Positions 37,537-47,100 of a DNA stretch of 64,000 nucleotides are shown one piece after another. The stretch spans positions 96,658,001 through 96,722,000 of the forward strand of contig JAGIQG010000009.1 of the NCBI GenBank assembly GCA_024679065.1, read 5' to 3'. The notes under the pieces were generated by a model. The model saw only the letters and a list, made by a program, of their open reading frames with translations. It did no database searches and was not told where the DNA came from. Made by a program: the position numbers and the translations under genes. Source of the DNA: Sphyrna mokarran (lineage: Eukaryota). Position 1 is the first letter of the stretch, and every line of letters starts with the position of its first letter.

Positions 37537-37637
37537 TGTAACCTTCTCTGCTTATCCAGGTTTATTATTTGCACTGGTGCAACATTTTTCACAGCATTCT
37601 GGGATTACAAAGACTTCATTTTTCACAACATTGTGGC

Positions 37638-37970
37638 TGGCACGGTGGTGCAGTGGTTAGCACTGCTGCCTCACAGCACCAGGGACCCAATTTCAATTCC
37701 TGGTTTTGTCTGTGCAGTTTGCATGTTCTCCCCATCTCTACATGGGTTTCCTCCAGGTGCTCTAGTTTCCTCCCGTAGTCCAAAGATGTGGGGGGTTAGT
37801 TGCATTGGCCATGCTAAATTGCCCCTTCGTGTCCTGAGATGAGTAGGTTCTAGGGATTAGCAGGGTAAATGTGTGGGATAGTGGGAAGAGGGGCTGGGAT
37901 GGGATTGTTATTGGTGCAGACTTGATGAGCCGAATGGCCTCCTTCTGCATTGTAGGGTTTCTATGATTCT
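37638..37970 (+). mobile_element. HE1-type SINE just upstream of the leader exon
   Basis: Consensus match. Confidence 0.9.
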
Positions 37971-38101
37971 GCTTCTTGTGTTTTGCCCTTTTTTTGCACT
38001 GCCAGTTTTTATCCTTCGCATTGCAATGACCTTTCTGTTTGCTAATTTTGAGTGTTAACTTCATGTCTTATGTACTTCCTTTCTCCACTTTCTACAGGAA
38101 A

Positions 38102-38144
38102 ATGAACATAAGTCCCATCCTCTGGATTTTGGCTGCCTTCTGGG
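38102..38144 (+). CDS. Signal-peptide exon MNISPILWILAAFW(G); exon begins at 38098
   Basis: Polypyrimidine tract and acceptor cttcctttctccactttctacag (ends 38097), ATG 38102, hydrophobic core, phase-1 donor G|gtaagt. Joins to GINA-EKF of the V exons to complete a leader. Confidence 0.88.
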
Positions 38145-41100
38145 GTAAGTGGGCATTTCCTTACGCTGCAAATCTGTCCCAGGCAATGGTGCAGAAGTGG
38201 ATAACAGTGACTGGGCAATGGGAAAGCAAAATGTCTCTTGTTTTACCTTGCTGTTGCTTGCTCTGCCACACATCACCTTACCCTGCACTCCCCCTGCTGT
38301 TGCTGATCGATCAAACTGTTTGTGTAACACTCTGTGCTGGATGGGCAGAAATCTCTCCTTTATTCTGAGGACTGAAGCTATTGCAGTCAGGATCCCGCCT
38401 CCCACTCCTCCCTCCCCTCTGTCATTGATAACCCAGAGTGTCTACTGGAGCTGGCACCTTCTGGACAAGTAGCAACTACAGATTCAGTATCCTGTTTCTT
38501 ATCAAATAACTCCAATCCTGCAAGTTTCTTGAGGTTCATGGAATCAAAGAATCCCTACAGTGCAGAAGAGGCCATTTGGCCCATCGAGTCTGCACCGATC
38601 ACAATCCCAATCAGGCCCTACTTCCACAATCCCACTTATTTACCCTGCACCAATCTCCTGACACTAAGGGGCAATTTACCGTGGCCAATCAACCTAACCC
38701 ACACATCTTTGGATGTGCAAGGAAATCGGGGCGCCCACACGCAGACATGGGGAGAATGTGCAAACGCCACCCAGACAGTGACCCAAGGTCAGAATTGAAC
38801 CCGGTGCCTGGTACTGTGAAGCAAGAAATCTGACTACTGTGTCACTGTGCCACCCAAATTGACTCTCTGACAGAGTATCTTACCCAGGCCTTATCCCCTG
38901 CTCTATCCTGGTGATCCCAGAATTTACTATGATTAATCCCATCTAACCTACACATTATGAGTGATTGAAGGACAATTTAGCATAACTAATCCACCTAATT
39001 TGCACATCTTTGGACTGTGGGAGGAAACCAAAGCACCCAGAGGAAACCCACACAGACACAGAGAGCATGTGCAAACTCCACACAGACAGCGACCCAAGGT
39101 TGGAATCAAACCCTAGTCCCTGGCATCGTGAGGCAGCAGTGTTAACCATTGTGCCACCGTGTTGCTCAAATGGCCTTATTCTGCTCTGCCTCACAATGCC
39201 TCCATTATGTCACAGCTCCTGTCTGTTCAATGTTAAAAGGTGTAAATATAAACACAGGATGATATTACTGTCCGTTGGTCGACATTTGCCAATTAGATTC
39301 TGTCCAAATGCATAACTGAATAGGACTACATTGAATGTACATCACAGAAAGAGGCAAAGGGATTCACACACTCCATTCATTTGGTTATGCCCCAGCCAAA
39401 CATCCACTCTTCTCTCTTCATGTCCCCTTTAATTATCCTTCTCATGATTTCTTCCTCATGTTTAACTAGGATCCATAATATTCAGCACAAGCACTCTAAG
39501 TGATAGACAGTATCCCACTCCCATCACCCTCTGGATAACTTAGTTTGTCCTGAATCCCTTATTGAATGTATTATTGCCCATTTTATATTCATGCCTCCTA
39601 GTTTGGACTTCCCTAAAAGTGCAAAAAATATTCATTCATCTATCCAGTAAACCTCTTCCATAATCCTGGAGGCATCTATTAGGTCAACCTTGTCTTTTCC
39701 AAAGCTCAATGTTGAGATAATGGTCACCATTTAGAGAATATGCTTAGTTTTCATTCTTCCTGCCAAAATAGACAATTTCACATTGGTCCACATTATATTC
39801 TATTTGCCAAATGTTTGCCCAATCACTTAGATTATCTATGTCCCTTTGTTGCTCCTTATGTCTTCTTCACAATTTATTGCCTATCTCTCTTTGTATTATC
39901 AAATTTAGCAAACATACCTTTTGTGCCTTCATCCAAGTTATTAACAAAACAGGTTGGGGCCGCAGCACTGATCCCTGTGGCACACCACTTGGCACACCCT
40001 GCCAACCAGAAAAAGATCTATTCTCTGTGGTTAACTATCCAATCCATGGCAATAGGTTAGCCCTTGTTGTACAATGTGTGATGTCCAATGTTTTTCTTGT
40101 TATCATAGTTAAAACTTGCATTCCCCTCTAATACCAAAGTCACAGAGGGGTTTAAGATGATTTATTGACACCTGTAGCTACGGAACTCCGATCCAATCTT
40201 TAAGACCAGTCAGAATGCAGAACTGAGAAATGCAGAAGCAATTATTGTTTCAAATTTGATTACAAGTAATTAGCATATATGAATCAAAATATACAATTTT
40301 CTTCTGTCCACTCATGGTTATTGATTAATGTTACATCATGTATAAAGTACAGATATTAAAACCAATCACAATCACCTTACGTTTGCTTAATTATAATATC
40401 CAATTAGCGTGAGGTTTTTCATTGCATCAATAGGGTATCGTTCCAACTATCTTTAGACATTTTAGCAGTATCTGAATGTTAGGACATAAATCACCCCACT
40501 ATCTACTTTAATGGCCTCTCCCCAGACCAAGATTCCCTATCTTACCTGAAAGGTAATTGTTCTATGTAAAACAGATTAGTACCCTAACGTGGATGTCTCT
40601 GCTGAAAACTGCATGCAAGCTATATATTTTTTTGTTTTTAATGCTTTCAGTAGCTATTTCCCAATATGGAATAACTACTACTTTCTTACATAATTATTAG
40701 TATGAGTATTATTCCCTCTCAGCCTTTATGTTATGAGTTTCGATTTTCCACAATAACTTTTGATGTGGCACCCTAATAAATGCCTTCTGGAAATCCAAGA
40801 ACAGCACATTCACTAGTTCCCCTTTATCCAGAGTGCTTACCGTAAAACAGTAATGCTTTTCTCTCTTTTATCCAGGAATTAACGCTGAAAAGTTCAGCGT
40901 TATTCAAGAGCACCCCACAATTTTGGCAATGGTGGGAGAAGATGTGTTCATTCCTTGTACCTTCACAGCCAACATCCAGAGTAAGATATGGTCTTACACA
41001 TGGTACAAGGATGGCAGAAATGGCATTAAGGTTTCCAATGAGTCTGTAGAATACAGAGGACGGATCAACAGGCCCAAAGAAGATAATTTGCAAGATGTCT

Positions 41101-44100
41101 CCATTGTAATAAGAGATGTGAGAGTGAATGATTCCGGGATCTATTACTGCAAAGTGTATATTATGCCACTGGGTGAGGAATATGGAGCAGGAACACAACT
41201 CACAGTGAGAGGTAAGTAACTCGACAATCTGAGGGATGAGTGACAGAGGGGGGAATTCAGTGCCACAGTCTGCTCGTGAGATCTGTGACTGACACCACTG
41301 CCAGACTGGGGAATACAAAAAACAGAAATAACTAATCATAAACTTCTTACGGTGCTGAAAGAAGCCATTTGATCCATCATGTCTTTACCGGTTCTCCCAA
41401 TTTCTCTTCATATCCCCATTCAATGTATCCTTCTCATGCTTTCTGCCTCATATTTAACCAGCATCCATGATATTCAGCACAAGTACTCTAGGTGGTAGAC
41501 AGTACTCCAATCCCATCATCCTCTAGATAAATTAGTTTGTCCTGAATTCTTTATTGAATGTGTTATTGCCTGTTTTATATTCATAGCTCCTCGTTTGGAC
41601 TTCCCTAAAAGTGCAAAATATATTCATTTCATCTATTCAGTAAACTTCTTTCATAATCCTAGAGGCATCTATTAGATCAGCTTTGTCTTTTCGAATGCTC
41701 AATGCTGGAACAGTGGTCACCATTTAGAGAATATGCTTAGCTTACATCCTTCCTGCCAAAATTGGCAATTTCACATGTGCCCACATTATATTCTATTTGC
41801 CAATTGTTTGCCCCATCACTTAGATTATCTATGTCCCTTTGTGGTTTCCTTATGTCCTCTTCGCAATTTACTTTCCTACCTAGTTTGCATTATCAAATTT
41901 AGCAACCATACCTTTAAGTCCAGTCAGAATGCAGAATTGAGAAATGCAGAAGCAATTATAGTTTCAAATTTGATTACAAGTAATTAGCATATACCAATCA
42001 AAATATAGGATTTACTTCTGTCCACTCATGGTTATTGATTAATGTTACATCATGTATAAAGTACAGATATTAAAACCAATCACAATCACCTTACGTTTGC
42101 TTAATTATAATATCCAATTAGCGTGAGGTTTTTCATTGCATCAATAGGGTATCATTCCAACTATCTTTAGACATTTTAGCAGTGTCTGAATGTCAGGACA
42201 TAAATCATCCCACTATCTACTTTAATGGCCTCTCCCCAGACCAAGATTCAGTATCTTACCTGAAAGGTAATTGTTCTATGTAAAACAGAGTAGTACCCTA
42301 ACGTGGATGTCTCTGCTGAAAACTGCATGCAAGCTATTTTGTTTTTTGTTTTTCATGCTTTCACTAGCCATTTACCAATAGGGAACAACTACTACTCTCT
42401 TCCATAATTATTATGAGTATGAGTATTAATCCCCCTCAGCCTCTATGTTATGAGTTTCCATTTTCTACAATAACTTTTGATGTGGCACCCTAATAAATGC
42501 TTTCTGGAAATCCAAGAACAGCACGTCCACTGGTTCCCCTTTATCCAGAGTGCTTAGTGTAACACAGTAATGCTTTTCTCTCTTTTTTCCAGGAATTAAC
42601 GCTGAAAAGTTCAGCGTTATTCAAGAGCAACCCACGATTTTGGCAACGGTAGGAGAAGATGTGTTCATTTCTTGTACCTTCACAGCCAACATCCAGAGTA
42701 AGATATGGTCTTACACATGGTACAAGGATGGCAGAAATGGCACTAAAATTTCCAATGAGACTGAAGAATACAGAGGACGGATCTACAAGTCCATTTTACG
42801 AGATGCCTCCATTGTAATAAGAGACGTGAGAGTGAATGATTCCGGGGTCTATTACTGCAAAGTATATATTATGCCACTGGGTGAGGAATATGGAGCAGGG
42901 ACACAGCTCACAGTGAGAGGTAAGTGACTCGACAATCTGAGATATCGGGTGATTGACAGGGGTGCGGCGGGGTGGCGAATTCAGCACCACAGTTCATTAA
43001 TGGGATCTGTGACTGACGCTACTGCCAGGCTGGGGAATACGAAAAATAGAAATAACTGATCATAAACTTCTTACGGTGCTGAAAGAAACCATTTGATCCA
43101 TCATGTCTTTACCGGTTCTCCCAATTTCTCTTCATATCCCCATTCAATGTATCCTTCTCATGCTTTCTGCCTCATATTTAACCAGCATCCATGATATTCA
43201 GCACAAGTACTCTAGGTGGTAGACAGTACTCCAATCCCATCACCCTCTAGATAAATTAGTTTGTCCTGAATTCTTTATTGAATGTGTTATTGCCCATTTT
43301 ATATTCATGGCTCCTCGTTTGGACTTCCCTAAAAGTGCAAAATATATTCATTTCATCTATTCAGTAAACTTCTTTCATAATCCTAGAGGCATCTATTAGG
43401 TCAGCCTTGTCTTTTCGAATGCTCAATGCTGGAACAGTGGTCACCATTTAGAGAATACGCTTAGCTTACATCCTTCCTGCCAAAATTGGCAATTTCACAT
43501 ATGCCCACATTATATTCTATTTGCCAATTGTTTGCCCAATCACTTAGATTATCTATGTCCCTTTGTGGCCTCCTTATGTCATCTTCACAATTTACTTTCC
43601 TACCTATCTTTCCATTATCAAATTTAGCAACCATACCTTTTGTACCTTCATCCAAGTTATTAATAAAACAGGTTGGGACCACAGCACTGATCCATGTGGC
43701 ACACCACTTGGCATATCCTGCCAACCAGAAAAAGATCACCTTTCTGTAGTTAACTATCCAATCCATGGCAATAGGTTAGCCCTATTATATCCCTGTTATA
43801 CGATGTGTGATGTCCAATGCTTTCTTGTTATCATAGTTAAAACTGTCATTCCCCTTTAATAGCCAGAGAAAGTCACGGAGTGGTTTAAGATGATTTATTG
43901 ATACCTGTAGCTACGAGACTCTGATCCAATCTTTAAGACCAGTCAGAATGCAGAATTGTGAAATGCAGAAGCAATTATAGTTTCAAATTTGATTACAAGT
44001 AATTAGCATATACCAATCAAAATATACGATTTACTTCTGTCCACTCATGGTTATTGATTAATGTTACATCATGTATAAAGTACAGATATTAAAACCAATC

Positions 44101-47100
44101 ACAATCACCTTACGTTTGCTTAATTATAATATCCAATTAGCATGAGGTTTTTCATTGCATCAATAGGGTATCATTCCAACTATCTTTAGACATTTTAGCA
44201 GTGTCTGAATGTTAGGACATAAATCATCCCACTATCTACTGTAATGGTCTCTCCCCAGACCAAGATTTCCTATCTTACCTGAAAGGTAGTTGTTCTATGT
44301 AAAACAGCTTAGTATCCTAACATGGATGTCTCTGCTGAAAACTGCATGCAAGCTATATTTTTTGTTTTTAATGCTTTCACTAGCCATTTACCAATGTGGA
44401 ATAACTACTACTCTCTTCCATAATTATTAGTATGAGTATTATTCCCTCTCAGCCTTTATGTTATGAGTTTCCATTTTCCACAATAACTGTTGATGTGGCA
44501 CCCTAACAAATGCCTTCTGGAAATCCAAGTACAACACATCGATCAGTTCCCCTTTATCTATAGTGCTTACTGTAGCTTTTCTCTCTTCTTTCCAGGAATT
44601 AATGCTAAAAAGTTCAGCGTTATTCAAGAGCACCCCACAATTTTGGCAAAGGTGGGAGAAGATGTGTCCATCCCTTGTATCTTCATAGCCAACATCCAGA
44701 GCAAGATATGGTCTTATGCATGGTACAAGGATGGCAGAAATGGCACTAAGATTTCTAATTTTACTGGAGAATACAGAGGACGGATCTACAAAGAGGATAT
44801 TTTGCGAGATGCCTCCATTATAATAAGAGATGTCAGAGTGAATGATTCCGGGATCTATTACTGCAAAGTGTATATTATGCCACTGGGTGAGGAATATGGA
44901 GCAAGAACACAGCTCACAGTGGAAGGTAAGTGAGTCAACAATCTGAGGTATTGGATGAGCGACGGGGGTGGGGGGGGAGAGGAATTCAGCACCACAGTTC
45001 ACTAATGGGATCTGTGATTGGCGCCACTGCCAGGCTGGGGAGTGCCAAAGACAGAAACTCACTCAGCTACGGAGAAGAGAATATTGAACCATCTGAAATA
45101 ACTGATCACAGAATTGTTACAATGCAGAAGGAAGCCATTTGGCCCATCATGTCTTTACCGGCTCTCCCAATGAGCATCATGACTGAGTGCCATTTCCCTG
45201 CCGATTCCTCTGTACCCCTGCACATTGTTTCTATGCAAATAATCATCCAATGCCCTCTTAAATGCCTCAATTGGTCCTGCCTCCAGCACATTTCTAGGCA
45301 ACCCATTCTGTTCGCTACATGTGCTGATGTGGAAAAGTTTGTTCTCACATCGCATTTGCTTCTTTTACAAATCTCTTGAAACCTGTGCCCTCTTACTCTT
45401 CATCCTTTTATGAGCTGGTACAGTTTTGCCCAATTTACTCTACCCATCCCCTTCATGATTTTGAACATCTCTGTCCAATCTCCTCTCAGCCTTCTTCTCT
45501 CCAAGAGATCAGTCCCAATCTCTCCAATCTGATCTCATTAGTGAAGTTTCTTATCCCTTGAACTATTATTGTAAACCTCACCTGCTCTCTCTACAGTGCG
45601 TTCTCATCCTTCCTATTATAACGTACCCAAAACTGTGCACAATATTCCTGCTGATATCAAACTAGTGCCTCACATAAGTTCAGTGCAACCTCCTTACTCT
45701 TGTACTGTAATGCTGCTATAAGTAAAGCCAGAATTCTGCATAAATGCAAAGATAAATGCAAAATATTGTGGATGCTCGAATCCAAAACAAAAACAGAAAA
45801 ATGCTGGAAAAGCTCAGCAGGTCTGGCAGCATCTATGGATTGAGGGTAGACCCAATGGCTAGGAATTTATGACCTTGTGCGGGCAAGGCTCGTAAAAATC
45901 CCACCCAAAACCAATGGAGATTCATTCAAAAGTCTGACAACAATAGGAAATGTACTGTTATTGGTGCGACACCGCCTGTTCTATTCATGTTCACCCCGTC
46001 CCCAGTTGTGTTTAAATAGCAGAGGAAGCCACTTGTTAAAATAGCCCATACGTGAAGAACAACTCTGCTAGTTAGTTGTATAGTTACACAATCAGGCATG
46101 TACTGAGAAAGTCAGGTCTCGCTGCACGTTGACGATTTTAGCAATTCTATTCGGGTACTTTTGAATTCCAAATCATTTTTTGTTCAATTTCCAGAAAGAA
46201 AGGCAGAATTCCAAGTTATTCAGAACTTGTTGAATATCCAGACTGTAGAAGGACAGACAGTGGTCATTCCTTGTACTCACACAGCTCTTACCTCTGCTGA
46301 AAAAGTGAGTTTTCAGTGGTACAAGAATGCTAGAAATGGAACAGAAATTTCCAATGAAGCAGCAGAGTACAAAGGGCGGATCTCCATGGTTGGAGAAAAG
46401 GATGGAAGAAACGCTTCCATTCAAATAAGGGACGTGAAATTGAACGATTCAGGGCTGTATTACTGCTGCGTCAAAATGGAGGATCACGTCCCAGAATATG
46501 GAGCAGGAACGCAGCTCATTGTAATGGGTAAGAGATTCACCCGCCTGCGATATCTGAAACTAGCGTAGCATTATTCTGGAGCTGGATAATTGTAATACGC
46601 TGTCTTTCCCCCTTCTGGGAGTGAGTGGGTGAGATGCTCCTTTTCTGCCTCTGGGACTGGGTGGGACAGTGGGTCAGACACTGTCCTTTCCCCCTCTGGG
46701 ACTGGGTGGGACAGCGGGTCAGACACTGTCCTTTCCCCCCTCTGGGACTGGGTGGGACAGCGGGTCAGACACTGTCCTTTCCCCTGCTGGGACTGGGTGG
46801 GACAGAGGGTCAGACACTGTCCTCTGCAATTTGTATAAAAGCTGGGTTCAATGGCAGAGCAGCTGGAGAACCCTTATCAGCGCGTTGAGCAAGTTCTTTC
46901 ACCACTGTCCTGATTACCTGACATTCTGGTTTGTGGAGTCAGGATCATATATTCTATCTCAGAACCTTGCTTGTAATTCAACTGGGAAGAGGATTCTGAA
47001 ATGAATAAAAGTGTAATGTCTAATAACTAATTGAATATACTAGTGAACGATAGCAATTACAGTCTGTTGGACAGACTGGAATACACCAGTGGGGAAGTTA

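Larger units (their letters stand above)
39412..45170 (+). repeat. Tandem triplication, units about 39412-41400, 41401-43124 and 43125-45170, each carrying one V exon
   Basis: Near-identical intronic blocks recur three times, e.g. cagtcagaatgcagaa at about 40207, 41921 and 43940, and tctcttcat at each unit start. Confidence 0.93.

Noticed and set aside
41201-41245. CACAGTG heptamer at the 3' end of V1 (also V2 and V3), suggesting an RSS and a rearranging Ig/TCR locus
   Set aside because: It is the coding sequence CTC ACA GTG (L-T-V) inside the G strand. There is no ACAAAAACC-like nonamer at 12 or 23 bp, the V exons are already J-complete, and no D, J or C exons are present.
40824-45062. Antisense ORFs 40824-41339 and 44439-45062
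   Set aside because: Shadow frames of the V exons running into a CR1 remnant, with no independent gene signals.
39412-45170. Three separate single-V genes
   Set aside because: I found no leader, TM or terminal exon within the repeat units; each holds only the V exon and TE remnants.
46649-46824. CRISPR-like array
   Set aside because: Contiguous tandem units without unique spacers, in a vertebrate context.
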